Below are positions 32,738-42,222 of a stretch of DNA of 64,000 nt, piece by piece. This DNA is from Bacillota bacterium. GTDB taxonomy: Bacteria > Bacillota > Clostridia > Caldicoprobacterales > Caldicoprobacteraceae. The stretch lies in assembly GCA_023622385.1 (NCBI GenBank), contig JAMNZI010000063.1:1887-65886 (forward strand), given 5' to 3'. The notes under the pieces were generated by a model. That model was not told the origin of the DNA. It worked only from the letters and a program-made list of their open reading frames with translations, and did not search any database. Made by a program: the position numbers and the translations under genes. The stretch's first letter is position 1. Every line of letters starts with the position of its first letter.

Positions 32738-32796
32738 CTACACTCACTCGGCATATCCTCTTTTTTAGCACAACAAAGTTAAAATTAATTTTCCCA

Positions 32797-32828
32797 AAAA
32801 AAGAGAACACATATGTGTTCTCTTTTTT
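32797..32828. terminator. Palindromic terminator after tsf
   Basis: AAAAAAGAGAACAC-atat-GTGTTCTCTTTTTT, a perfect 32-bp palindrome with U-tracts on both strands. Confidence 0.85.
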
Positions 32829-33480
32829 AATTTCCTTTCATCTGCTTTGCGACCTCTTGTACGAAGTCGTCTTCACGTTTTTGAAGCCCCTCGCCTAATT
32901 CAAACCTTACAAACCGCCGAATCCTGATATTTTCACCTAACTTGGATATCATCTCCATCACCAAGTCCTGAACGGTTTTATCGGGATCTTTTACAAAGGG
33001 TTGCTCCAAAAGGCATACCTCTTTGTAGAACTTGCTGATCCTGCCTTCCACTATTTTATCTACTACTTTTTCCGGCTTGCCTTCATTCAAAGCCTGAACC
33101 TTCAGTATCTCCTTCTCCTTGTCTATGACTTCCTGGGGCACTTCCTCCCTCGACAAGTATTGCGGATTGGACGCCGCTATATGCATTGCGATATCGCGCA
33201 CAAAAGCCTTAAAATCATCGGTCTTTGCAACAAAATCAGTTTCGCAGTTTACCTCAACTAGCACGCCGATCCTTCCGCCAAAATGGATATACGCATCCAC
33301 CAAGCCTTCAGCAGCGATTCGCCCCGCCTTTTTAGCAGCAGCTGCCAGCCCTCTTTCTCTGAGCAACTCAATGGCCTTCTCCATATCGCCGTTGGCATCC
33401 TGCAAGGCCTTTTTGCAGTCCATCATTCCGCACCCTGTTCGCTCTCTCAGCTCTTTCACCATCGAAGCAGTTATTTCCAT
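32827..33480 (-). CDS. tsf: Elongation factor Ts (short form)
   Basis: [53 protein letters not shown]; 217 aa. Confidence 0.98.
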   Translation of the reverse strand: MEITASMVKELRERTGCGMMDCKKALQDANGDMEKAIELLRERGLAAAAKKAGRIAAEGLVDAYIHFGGRIGVLVEVNCETDFVAKTDDFKAFVRDIAMHIAASNPQYLSREEVPQEVIDKEKEILKVQALNEGKPEKVVDKIVEGRISKFYKEVCLLEQPFVKDPDKTVQDLVMEMISKLGENIRIRRFVRFELGEGLQKREDDFVQEVAKQMKGN

Positions 33481-33576
33481 ACTAACTCCTCCGTTTCTTA
33501 TGTAATGTAGCTTTGGACTATCTTCCCCTAGAAGGAACTTTCCCCAAACCGCCAGAAAACTTTATATAGGTCATCG

Positions 33577-33619
33577 AAAAGAAAGGGAAAGATGACGGTA
33601 AACCCTTCTCTTCCCCTTT
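33577..33619 (-). terminator. Hairpin after rpsB (possible partial terminator)
   Basis: Minus strand AAAGGGGAAGA-16 nt-UCUUUCCCUUU then CUUUU. Confidence 0.45.
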
Positions 33620-33621
33620 TT

Positions 33622-34329
33622 TTATTCCTCTTGTGGAGTAAATTGTTCACCCTGGCGCCCTTCCAGGACCGCATCGGCTATCCTGGACGTTATCAACTTT
33701 ATAGCCCTTATGGCATCGTCATTGCCAGGAATCACGTAGTCTACCTCGTCAGGGTCACAGTTGGTATCCACAATAGCCACAATGGGGATACCCAAAATCC
33801 TGGCCTCTCTCACAGCAATGTGTTCCTTTTTGGGATCAACCACGAATACGGCACCCGGTAGCTCCCTCATGTCCTTTATGCCGCCCAGATTCTTCTCCAA
33901 CTTTTCCTTTTCCGCACGAAGCTTTATGACCTCTTTCTTGGGCAGCACATCAAACATGCCGTTGGTTTCCATTTCCTCAAGCTCCTTAAGCCGCCTTATC
34001 CTCTGGCTGATGGTAGTGAAATTGGTCAACATGCCGCCCAGCCACCTGTGGTTTACATAGAACATGCCACAACGCTTGGCTTCGGCCTCAATTGACTCCT
34101 GAGCTTGCTTTTTGGTGCCTATAAACAGCACAGCCTTCCCTTCAGCAGCCACATCGCGAACAAAATTATAGGCTTGCTCAAGCAACTTGACGGTCTTTTG
34201 CAGGTCCAGAATATATATGCCGTTTCTCTCTGTGAAGATATAGGGAGCCATCTTGGGATTCCAACGCCGGGTCTGATGCCCAAAGTGAACACCTGCTTCT
34301 AGAAGTTGCTTCATGCTTACAACTGCCAT
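33622..34329 (-). CDS. rpsB: 30S ribosomal protein S2
   Basis: [46 protein letters not shown]; ATG 34329 with SD GAGGAGGTG. Confidence 0.99.
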   Translation of the reverse strand: MAVVSMKQLLEAGVHFGHQTRRWNPKMAPYIFTERNGIYILDLQKTVKLLEQAYNFVRDVAAEGKAVLFIGTKKQAQESIEAEAKRCGMFYVNHRWLGGMLTNFTTISQRIRRLKELEEMETNGMFDVLPKKEVIKLRAEKEKLEKNLGGIKDMRELPGAVFVVDPKKEHIAVREARILGIPIVAIVDTNCDPDEVDYVIPGNDDAIRAIKLITSRIADAVLEGRQGEQFTPQEE

Positions 34330-34344
34330 GACTTTCACCTCCTC

Positions 34345-34430
34345 AAAGTTATGCCTCCCCCACCCTCATCTCAATTGACAACCAGCTTTACTGGCACCAG
34401 CCAATTGATCAGGAAGGGTGTGTATTACAC
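34345..34430 (-). promoter_or_regulatory. rpsB (S2) leader RNA
   Basis: GUGUAAUACACAC...AUCAAUUG-GCUGGUGCCAGUAAAGC...CAAUUGAGAUGAG...GGAGG; layout (ACACAC, GGUGC, GAUGA, GGAGG) typical of Firmicute S2 leaders. Confidence 0.7.
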
Positions 34431-34440
34431 CACCTTTAGT

Positions 34441-34469
34441 AGTATAGCATAAGCCGTTTTTCAATTCAA
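34441..34469 (-). promoter_or_regulatory. sigmaA promoter for rpsB-tsf
   Basis: Minus strand TTGAAT-17 nt-TATACT with TGn extension. Confidence 0.75.
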
Positions 34470-34488
34470 CAACAAATTTTGCTAAGCC

Positions 34489-34887
34489 TCAATTATTCTT
34501 AAGTCCTAGGATCAGCTTTACTTCACCCTTGCCAATGCCCAGCTTTCTGGCTATTTCTTCCTCAGTGCTCCCGCTCTTGTACATGAGTATGACAGCCTTA
34601 CGCTTTTCATTATAGCCTTCATCAATATTTTGTCTCAAATTCCTATACGTATCCTGCTGTTGGACTTCGTTATTTGTGATACTTTCATCAGGCAGCACGT
34701 TTATTGCCTCGGGAATTGCATTGCGAAGTATATCCTCCACCGCATCATACAGTTCGTATAGCCTCTTTTCCTTCTCTTCCAAGCGCTTTTCCAGCTCAAA
34801 GAGGTATAGCCTGTCCTTCCTTGTTTGCCAGAATATTATAAACAAAAACATTAAGCCCGGAAGAAGGAACATCAACCCCTCGCTCAT
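34489..34887 (-). CDS. SwrB/DUF6115-like membrane protein (N-terminal TM, coiled coil, C-terminal HTH-like)
   Basis: TM segment, then coiled coil, then EEEIARKLGIGKGEVKLIL; last gene of the fla/che operon before rpsB, where Bacillus has swrB. Confidence 0.65.
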   Translation of the reverse strand: MSEGLMFLLPGLMFLFIIFWQTRKDRLYLFELEKRLEEKEKRLYELYDAVEDILRNAIPEAINVLPDESITNNEVQQQDTYRNLRQNIDEGYNEKRKAVILMYKSGSTEEEIARKLGIGKGEVKLILGLKNN

Positions 34888-34917
34888 ATTTATCCCCCTT
34901 GAGATATCGCCAAATTA

Positions 34918-35268
34918 TTAAATTCTGATGTCTATGTTAAATCCCTTACTTCCTTCTTTTATTTCAGCCTCATCGCTTAAACCAGCCTGATGGCATTCCT
35001 TATCTTCAACTTGACGGGATTTGGCATATCGGAAAGGGCGATGCCGTCTGTCATGCTCCTTGTCAATCCTTTTATGATATATATGCCCCGTTGGCATCAC
35101 CTGGCGCTGAGCATTATCGATCACCTGTTGAAACTCACGGGAGTCAACAAACTGATTTATGTTGGCTTTCTGGTTTTGAAGGCTAGCCTCTTTTGTATAT
35201 TCGTTCGCCCTTTGTATGCTAATTTGGATATCTATGGGTCGTATGGACACGGGACTCGCCCCTCTCAT
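34918..35268 (-). CDS. Hypothetical flagellar-operon protein
   Basis: 116-aa ORF overlapping the FapA stop (ATGA); SIRPIDIQ N-terminus and KGFNIDIRI C-terminus; alternative GTG start at 35250. Confidence 0.65.
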   Translation of the reverse strand: MRGASPVSIRPIDIQISIQRANEYTKEASLQNQKANINQFVDSREFQQVIDNAQRQVMPTGHIYHKRIDKEHDRRHRPFRYAKSRQVEDKECHQAGLSDEAEIKEGSKGFNIDIRI

Positions 35269-37064
35269 CCTTCATATGTTACAAAGCGTATTTCGCCTTC
35301 ATCCCGCAAAAAGGTCGCGTAGTTGATGGGATCCTTTATATTAAGGGTTGATTGGCCAATAGTTATGGATACGCCGGGATAAACCACCCTTTTCACATGG
35401 ACTTTGCCATGTGCCCCCTTTAAAAAGGCTTCCTCCAACTCAAAAACACGCGCTTTGATGGTAGGAATCTTCAAGCTGTACTCTTCTCTCGCTCTTAGCG
35501 CCTTTTGCTTGGTGACCAGCTTATCCAGAGGCAATCCGCCGCTTGACTCCATTCTGTTTAATACCGCCAACACCTGCTCGATCTTGTGTAGTTCTTTTTC
35601 CAACCTCTGCAGTTCCTCCTTGAGTTGCTCATATTCCTGCCTGATTTCAGGGCTGATTCCCACCTCAAGAACGGTGGCAGTTGCCATAGGCGAACCTATG
35701 GTGGAAGCCGATATGCCCAAAGCTGCGTGCACCCTGCCACCTACTATCAACGCTCGTTTGCCTATTAATCTAACGTGTTGGCCGCTAACGACATTGCTAT
35801 GCATTATGGCCTCTGCTGTAACATCTCCTTTTGCGTATACGCTGCCGTTTTCTATAAACCGCGCAGTTACATTGCCTCCTGCCTGAATCACTCCCTTCTT
35901 TGCGCCCTGTAAACCCTTCCTCAAGATGACATCTCCTTCAGCAATCAGCGTTGCCCCTTCCACCACGCCTCTCACTTCTATGCTCCCACCGGCTTTGACC
36001 TCAAACCCTGATAGAACGTTCCCATATATGATGACGCTGCCCACAAAATTAATGTTTCCTGTAGAGTTGTCTACATTGTTTTTTACCTCGTGTACGCTGT
36101 ATACGTGCACTCTACCGCCTATCATCTCTACTTTCCCATCTATGGCTGCTATAAGCTTTAACCCATCGTCGGAGACTACCACGTTCTTGCCAGCGGGTAA
36201 AACCAAAGGCTTACCTGGCTTGGCACGTACCACCGTTCCACGCACCGTCTTCCCATCAACGCCCAGCGTATGGGGAGTTAATGTCACCAACACCTGGCCC
36301 TTGGCGACATTCTCTATATTGTCCAGTGAATGATAATTTACCGTTCCATCTTCTCTGATTTCGGGCCTTGATTTCCTGTCAGGCTTAAAATGGTAAGTGA
36401 GTTTGGCATCCTCCCCATCCTGGGGGGCCTGCCCTCGGGCGACGATTACCTCTTGGCCGTACTTACGGCTGTCCAGCGCTTGACGTATTGCATCCTCATC
36501 GATGCCGTATACCACTCCCTTATCCTTCAAAGCCTGTATTACATCCTGATACTCCAGCAGTTTTCCTCCTTCTGGTGGCAACAGCGTCATGGCAGCCAAC
36601 ATCCCATCCTGCGAAATATATACCAACACCCCTTCATCCACTGGCAGCTCGGACTGTGGCTCTGCAACCTTAACAGGGCGCCCTGGATTTGTATACATGG
36701 CCTGGGCAACGGCATCTATCATTAACCCCTGGATCTTTTTTCTCCTCAAATGATGCATAATGGTCTCTTCGTCCGATTTTGTAAACCTGGAAGGGGGAAT
36801 AAACACCGTAAGGTATACCCCATCTTCTTTGTATTCCAGAGCAAAGCTTTGAGGAAGCTGTTTGTCCTGGCTCTCCCCTGCCTGCCTGATTTCCTCATCT
36901 ACATAAAGCAGTAGCCTGTATGGTTTGATCACTATGCCCATCATGGTCTTGCCTTCCTGAATGACTTCCACCTTTGCCTTCCCTGGCTCTACGCCAAGGG
37001 CATTGAGGCCTTTCTCCAAGGCAGCATTATAGGTGTTTCCCTCTACTATAACCTCTCGCCTCAT
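35265..37064 (-). CDS. fapA: FapA (DUF342) family protein with N-terminal Jag_N-like domain
   Basis: Two FapA_N-like segments (GVYLTVFIP; AMTLLPP...GVVYGID...VARGQAP), DYH-type motif NYHSLDNIENV, beta-helix (VDNSTGNINFVGSVIIYGNV), coiled-coil tail. Confidence 0.85.
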   Translation of the reverse strand: MRREVIVEGNTYNAALEKGLNALGVEPGKAKVEVIQEGKTMMGIVIKPYRLLLYVDEEIRQAGESQDKQLPQSFALEYKEDGVYLTVFIPPSRFTKSDEETIMHHLRRKKIQGLMIDAVAQAMYTNPGRPVKVAEPQSELPVDEGVLVYISQDGMLAAMTLLPPEGGKLLEYQDVIQALKDKGVVYGIDEDAIRQALDSRKYGQEVIVARGQAPQDGEDAKLTYHFKPDRKSRPEIREDGTVNYHSLDNIENVAKGQVLVTLTPHTLGVDGKTVRGTVVRAKPGKPLVLPAGKNVVVSDDGLKLIAAIDGKVEMIGGRVHVYSVHEVKNNVDNSTGNINFVGSVIIYGNVLSGFEVKAGGSIEVRGVVEGATLIAEGDVILRKGLQGAKKGVIQAGGNVTARFIENGSVYAKGDVTAEAIMHSNVVSGQHVRLIGKRALIVGGRVHAALGISASTIGSPMATATVLEVGISPEIRQEYEQLKEELQRLEKELHKIEQVLAVLNRMESSGGLPLDKLVTKQKALRAREEYSLKIPTIKARVFELEEAFLKGAHGKVHVKRVVYPGVSITIGQSTLNIKDPINYATFLRDEGEIRFVTYEG

Positions 37065-37849
37065 GACAATCCCCCTTCCAATAAATCGCTTTTAATCCTG
37101 GCCAGCTTATTTTTAAGCTTAAGCAGCGCTCTGGTATGAAGCTGTGAAACTCTAGACTCCGAAATGCCAAGAACCATACCGATCTCTTTCAAAGTCAGCT
37201 CCTCAAAATAGTACAGGCTTATGATCATTTTTTCCCTTTCAGGCAATTCATCTATAGCCTTTGCTAAATAGCGCTTAAGCTCATTTACCTGGACCACATG
37301 CTCAGGATCATCATATCGGCTGGAAGCTGCCAAGGAGCTGGCAATCTCATGGAGCTGTTCTTCCAGCGAAACTACAGCAAAAGAGTGCATCTCTAGCATC
37401 GTCTTTCTAAGCTCTTCAACCGAAACTCCTAAAGTCTTGGCTATCTCTTGATCGCTTGCTGATCTACCCATCTCCTTTTCGACCGCATCGATAACCTCGC
37501 TGAGCTGTTTAGCTTTTGTGCGCAGCGAACGAGGGATCCAATCCTGCTTGCGCAGCTGGTCTATAATAGCGCCTTTTATCCTGAACGCTGCATATGTTTC
37601 AAACTTAACGCTCCTCGACGGATCATACTTTTCAATGGCATCCATCAATCCAAGTATTCCGTAGCTTACCAAATCTTCAATATCCATGGAAGGATTGGAG
37701 GGGTTGTTTACAAAGGTCAGCCTTGAAATCACACGCTTTACCAAATAGCTATACTTGAGTATGAGTTCATTCCTCGATTCTATTGTACTGCGTTTTTTAT
37801 ACTCACTCCATAGATTTTGTAGTTCGGTCGCAGCCACTTTTTTCGACAT
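37061..37849 (-). CDS. fliA: FliA/SigD/WhiG-family sigma factor (sigma28)
   Basis: EDLVSYGILGL, KFETYA, RIKGAIIDQLRKQDWIPRS, YFEELTLKEIG, SESRVSQLH. Confidence 0.96.
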   Translation of the reverse strand: MSKKVAATELQNLWSEYKKRSTIESRNELILKYSYLVKRVISRLTFVNNPSNPSMDIEDLVSYGILGLMDAIEKYDPSRSVKFETYAAFRIKGAIIDQLRKQDWIPRSLRTKAKQLSEVIDAVEKEMGRSASDQEIAKTLGVSVEELRKTMLEMHSFAVVSLEEQLHEIASSLAASSRYDDPEHVVQVNELKRYLAKAIDELPEREKMIISLYYFEELTLKEIGMVLGISESRVSQLHTRALLKLKNKLARIKSDLLEGGLS

Positions 37850-37865
37850 GTCCCTCTCCTCATGT

Positions 37866-38354
37866 TCATAATATCTTTACGCCGTGGCCGATAGTCTTGA
37901 CCACCAAAATGCCATTGGCTGCATGAAGTTCAATGGTCCTCCCATAATTGCCTCCGGTATCCTGGGCAACAATGGGTATATCGTGCTGCCGTAACACCTC
38001 AATGGTGGCCTGTACGTTCCTCTCGCCGATTTTCAAAACCTCGCTGGTACTGCCTTTGAACGAAAACATCTGTGCCCCTCCTGCTATTTTGGCGATTATC
38101 CATTCCCTTTGAGCGTTCATCTTCATCATCAGTTCAAGAAGGTACTCAACGGCTGTATCGGCAAACTTTGCCTTGTTTTGATTGTGTTTTATCAGCTTAC
38201 TCGATGGCAGCATTATATGCGCCAGCCCAGCTGTCTTAGTGGTCCTGTCATACAGCGCAATCCCCACGCATGAGCCCAAACCAAGAGTGACGAGAACGCC
38301 ATTCCCTGCAATAACCTTTAAATCAGCCATACCAACCTTGATTACCCGGTCCAT
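37866..38354 (-). CDS. cheD: Chemoreceptor glutamine deamidase CheD
   Basis: VKVGMAD, TLGLGSCVG, AHIMLP, AKIAGGAQMF, DTGGNYGRT. Confidence 0.96.
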   Translation of the reverse strand: MDRVIKVGMADLKVIAGNGVLVTLGLGSCVGIALYDRTTKTAGLAHIMLPSSKLIKHNQNKAKFADTAVEYLLELMMKMNAQREWIIAKIAGGAQMFSFKGSTSEVLKIGERNVQATIEVLRQHDIPIVAQDTGGNYGRTIELHAANGILVVKTIGHGVKIL

Positions 38355-38978
38355 TTACACAACCCCTAAAGCCTTTAAAATAACAGTAAAAGACTCTATA
38401 TCAGGTATGACTATAAAGTGGCTTCTGAACCGTTCTGTTCCGTTTATCAGGTCGGTTTCGATAAACATTGCCCTATCGCTGGTCTGACCGAATTGAATCA
38501 TAGGAACGCTTAAAATGGCCCCTAACATGTCGCATGCAAAATAGGGAACAGATGGCTTGACGGCAAGCCCTGTAAACGACGATATGGCTCCCAGATAGGC
38601 AGCCGTAAGTATGTTTCCAAGCTCTTCCAGTGCGGATACCTCAATTTCAGAAAAGGCCTCGTTCAAAGCGTCGCGGTGAGCATTCCCCAGCAACAAAGCG
38701 GTAATGCGCTTGGCTGAAATTACATCCAGCACCAACAAAACGATACCGCTTATATCGCCTTGAAATTCCAGATATATGCCCACCACAAGAGTTTCAGCCC
38801 CATCCATTATGTCTTCCACATCTTTAAACTCAGCTATCTTTACCTCGGGAACCTTCATGTCAATTCGCCTGTTGAGCATCTTTGAAAGGGAGGTAGCGGC
38901 ATTGCCTGCTCCAATTGTGCCTATCTCCTTCAATATATCCAAATGCAAGGGGTTCAGATTATCAAAGGAAAACGACAT
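38355..38978 (-). CDS. cheC: CheY-P phosphatase CheC
   Basis: DILKEIGTIGAGNAATSLS and SALEELGNIL. Confidence 0.94.
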   Translation of the reverse strand: MSFSFDNLNPLHLDILKEIGTIGAGNAATSLSKMLNRRIDMKVPEVKIAEFKDVEDIMDGAETLVVGIYLEFQGDISGIVLLVLDVISAKRITALLLGNAHRDALNEAFSEIEVSALEELGNILTAAYLGAISSFTGLAVKPSVPYFACDMLGAILSVPMIQFGQTSDRAMFIETDLINGTERFRSHFIVIPDIESFTVILKALGVV

Positions 38979-39002
38979 AGATATTGCACCCCTAACTCAT
39001 TT

Positions 39003-39446
39003 TCAGTTTAACAGCAATTCTAAAGTACGGGGTATATCCATGATCATGACCGGCTTATCTCCTAGGTTTATGAGCCCGGAGAAGGCCACTTTTCTTTTTT
39101 CGTCTAAAGCCTCCACACCCCATTGCACCCTATCTTGAGGTACGTTTAATATTTCGGTTACTCGGTCAACTATCATCCCCACCCTGTACTCATCTTGCCG
39201 AACTATTGCCACCCGCGTTGCATCACTAGGGGGCTTTTCCTCATAGCCCAACATGCGCCTTGCGCTCATCACAGGTATTACATCCCCTCTCAGGTTGATG
39301 ACCCCCAACACCTCATAGGGGCTGTGTGGAACTCTGGTTATCCGCGCCATCCTCTCTATCGATTCCACAAACAGCACATCCACGGCATATATTTCATCAT
39401 CTATTCCAAAGGCTATATACTGCTTGAGCTGGTTGCTTCCGGCCAA
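39003..39446 (-). CDS. cheW: Chemotaxis coupling protein CheW
   Basis: ITRVPHSP, GVINLRGDVIPV, GMIVDRV; TTG start. Confidence 0.95.
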   Translation of the reverse strand: MAGSNQLKQYIAFGIDDEIYAVDVLFVESIERMARITRVPHSPYEVLGVINLRGDVIPVMSARRMLGYEEKPPSDATRVAIVRQDEYRVGMIVDRVTEILNVPQDRVQWGVEALDEKRKVAFSGLINLGDKPVMIMDIPRTLELLLN

Positions 39447-39461
39447 ACCAATAACCCCCTT

Positions 39462-41453
39462 TCAAATCATATGATTTATATCGAGAATGAGTACTACGCT
39501 TCCATCACCCAGGATAGTGGCCCCCGATATGATATTAATTTTGGACAGCGCTTTGCCCAGCGGCTTGATCACTATCTCCTGTTGACCTATCAAATCATCA
39601 ACCGACAGTGCCGCCAGCCTCTCCCCCTTCCTCACTATAACCGCAATGACCGTATCACCCGACTTAACTTCACCAGGGCATTCAAGTACATCGGCCAATC
39701 GAACGAAAGGTATTAACAGACCGCGATAATCGATAAATTCCTTTTGACGTATCAGCTTTATAGCTGTGGCTGGCATTTCCAGTATTTCCTTTATGGAACC
39801 TATGGGTATGGCGTAAACTTCCTGCCCCACGGAGACAAGCAAAGCCTGGATGATGGAAAGGGTGAGCGGCAACCTGATTATAAAGCGCGTTCCATGATTT
39901 GGACTGGTGTCTACATCAACCGTACCGCCCATGGACTCGATTTTGGTTTTAACCACATCCATCCCCACGCCGCGTCCTGAGATGTCAGTCACTTTTTCGG
40001 CAGTGCTAAAACCCGCTTCAAATATAAACTGCAATATCTCCTGCTGGTTTAAGGTTTCAGCTTCCTCGCGTGATACTAAATTCTGCTTTATTGCCCGCTG
40101 TAAAACCTTGTCGATATCTATACCCCTCCCGTCGTCGCTGACCTCTATCACCACGCTGTCGCCATCATGGTAGGCTTTAAGGTCGATAACCCCAACGGGG
40201 GGTTTGCCAAGAGCTGTACGCTCTTGAGGAGGTTCTATACCGTGGTCAACAGCATTTCTGATGAGGTGTATAAGTGGCTCCCCGATTTCATCGATGATGG
40301 TCCGATCAACCTCGGTCTCGGCTCCGAATATGTTGAGCTTGACTTCCTTGCCTGTATTCCTCGATAGGTCTCGAACAGTTCTGGGAAACCGCTCAAACAC
40401 CACCTGTAGGGGGATCATCCTTACTTTCATAACGGCATCATGGAGCTCTCCGGTCACTCTGCCCAGATATTCCACTGATTCGGCCATTGCTGCCGTGTCT
40501 TCATACCGCTGCAAGTCCTGTATGCGGTTCTTAATGATGATCAATTCGCTGACCAGGTTCATAAGCCTATCCAGCCTTTCGATATCAACCCTTATGCTCC
40601 TGCCAGCCGTTTTAGAGAGCCTGTCCTTTATTTCGGTTGCAGCCGCCCTGTCCGCTCCGGAAGGCTGAGCTTTTTGGGTGTCGCTTTGGCCATGGCTTTG
40701 TATGTCATCCGGCTGGATTTCCCTTATATCAATGCTTTCTATCTCCGAAATGGTGTCCAGCTCCTTCTTTATGGTATCAAGCTCGGCTTTGCACACTGCC
40801 ACAATCGAAAAAGATAGACCAAACTTCTCCTCTTCTATGTCCTGGGCCGGTGGATCGGAATAGATTATATGGCCAAAACTTTCTATAGCTTTAAAGACTA
40901 TATATGCTCTGGCTGCTTTCATGAGGCAGGACTCTTTGAGCCTTACCCCTATGTAATAAGGCGTAAACCCGTTTTTTACAGCTTCGTCTATCACATGAAG
41001 ATAATGGTCATCGAGGGACAAGCCTTCTTTATGGGATTTACGTGGACTTTGTCCCAAATCCGTACTATCTGTACCATCTAAAAAGCCCTGAAGTTTTGCC
41101 TTTATATCGCTCATATCCAGCGGGTTTTCCTTGCCACTCTGTACAATGCCCTGAAGCAGCTCGTCAAGGATGTCCACAGCCTCAAACAGCCCATCCATGA
41201 TGTCGGCGCTTACGACCATATTTCCCTTTCTAATTGCATCCAGCACGTTTTCCATAGTGTGGGCCAGGTTTGCCATGGAGTTAAAGCCCATGCTGCCAGC
41301 CATGCCCTTCAAGGTATGGGCTGACCGAAATATCTCGTTTATCACTTCCGCATTGTCTGGTTGCTGCTCCAGCACAAGAAGGTTGTTATTCAGGTTTCGA
41401 AGATGCTCTTTGCTTTCCTCTATGAACAATTCCATATACTGTGCGTTATCCAT
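39462..41453 (-). CDS. cheA: Chemotaxis histidine kinase CheA
   Basis: IFRSAHTLKG (Hpt), P2 domain, HLIRNAVDHG, DDGRG, SGRGVGMDVV, C-terminal CheW domain. Confidence 0.98.
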   Translation of the reverse strand: MDNAQYMELFIEESKEHLRNLNNNLLVLEQQPDNAEVINEIFRSAHTLKGMAGSMGFNSMANLAHTMENVLDAIRKGNMVVSADIMDGLFEAVDILDELLQGIVQSGKENPLDMSDIKAKLQGFLDGTDSTDLGQSPRKSHKEGLSLDDHYLHVIDEAVKNGFTPYYIGVRLKESCLMKAARAYIVFKAIESFGHIIYSDPPAQDIEEEKFGLSFSIVAVCKAELDTIKKELDTISEIESIDIREIQPDDIQSHGQSDTQKAQPSGADRAAATEIKDRLSKTAGRSIRVDIERLDRLMNLVSELIIIKNRIQDLQRYEDTAAMAESVEYLGRVTGELHDAVMKVRMIPLQVVFERFPRTVRDLSRNTGKEVKLNIFGAETEVDRTIIDEIGEPLIHLIRNAVDHGIEPPQERTALGKPPVGVIDLKAYHDGDSVVIEVSDDGRGIDIDKVLQRAIKQNLVSREEAETLNQQEILQFIFEAGFSTAEKVTDISGRGVGMDVVKTKIESMGGTVDVDTSPNHGTRFIIRLPLTLSIIQALLVSVGQEVYAIPIGSIKEILEMPATAIKLIRQKEFIDYRGLLIPFVRLADVLECPGEVKSGDTVIAVIVRKGERLAALSVDDLIGQQEIVIKPLGKALSKINIISGATILGDGSVVLILDINHMI

Positions 41454-41526
41454 TGAATCGACACCCCCAATCCTTTCGCTTTGTATAAGGCCTTACCGCC
41501 GAACGCCCTTTTCACAACATGTCCCC

Positions 41527-42204
41527 TCAATCTACAATGAGGCCCTTAGCCTTTAATCTGCGCTGCTGCTGAAATATAAACCGAATCAACCTATCCTGCT
41601 CGGCTTCTAAAATATCGATAAATTTAACACCCACTTCAAATTTGTAGTTTCCTTCCACACAGGTAGCAACCCTTACCACCAGGCCTTTTAATTCAAGGAA
41701 ATTGCTATCCTCGATTGAAATCCGGCACTCCACTTGCTGACCTGGCTTTAAGTCTTCATTGGTCAAAAGCCGCAATCCACCACCGCTTATGTCTGCGGTA
41801 TAAGCTTTGATATAGCCTTGTCTGTCTGGCTCGGAGTCCTGCTCAATCAACCTGAAAAGGACAGGCAGATTTATCTTCAACCTATAAAAGTTACGCCTCT
41901 GAAGCCTGTGCATTGGTGAGATTTGTTTGAGGCGTATAAGGCGCACCGCCTCGGTCGACTGGCGCTCAATGACCTTAGCTTCAAAGGAGAACCGCCCCCG
42001 ATCCCGGAAGAAATTTATCCTCACCGTTTGTCCGATGCCCAACGGTACAGGCTGTCCTTTTAACATAGGCAGGGTGATCAACAATTCCTCATCTTGGGGA
42101 ACATCCTGGACCATGCTAAAGCAGGTTTTTGAGTCGGCATCCAAACGTTCCTGTATCACCACTTCTATCTTCTCACCAATGTTTATGACCTCCTTTACAA
42201 GCAT
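41527..42204 (-). CDS. ycgR: PilZ-domain c-di-GMP flagellar brake (YcgR/MotI-like)
   Basis: QRRNFYR (RxxxR) and DISGGG (DxSxxG). Confidence 0.9.
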   Translation of the reverse strand: MLVKEVINIGEKIEVVIQERLDADSKTCFSMVQDVPQDEELLITLPMLKGQPVPLGIGQTVRINFFRDRGRFSFEAKVIERQSTEAVRLIRLKQISPMHRLQRRNFYRLKINLPVLFRLIEQDSEPDRQGYIKAYTADISGGGLRLLTNEDLKPGQQVECRISIEDSNFLELKGLVVRVATCVEGNYKFEVGVKFIDILEAEQDRLIRFIFQQQRRLKAKGLIVD

Positions 42205-42222
42205 GACTCCCCTATCAACCCC

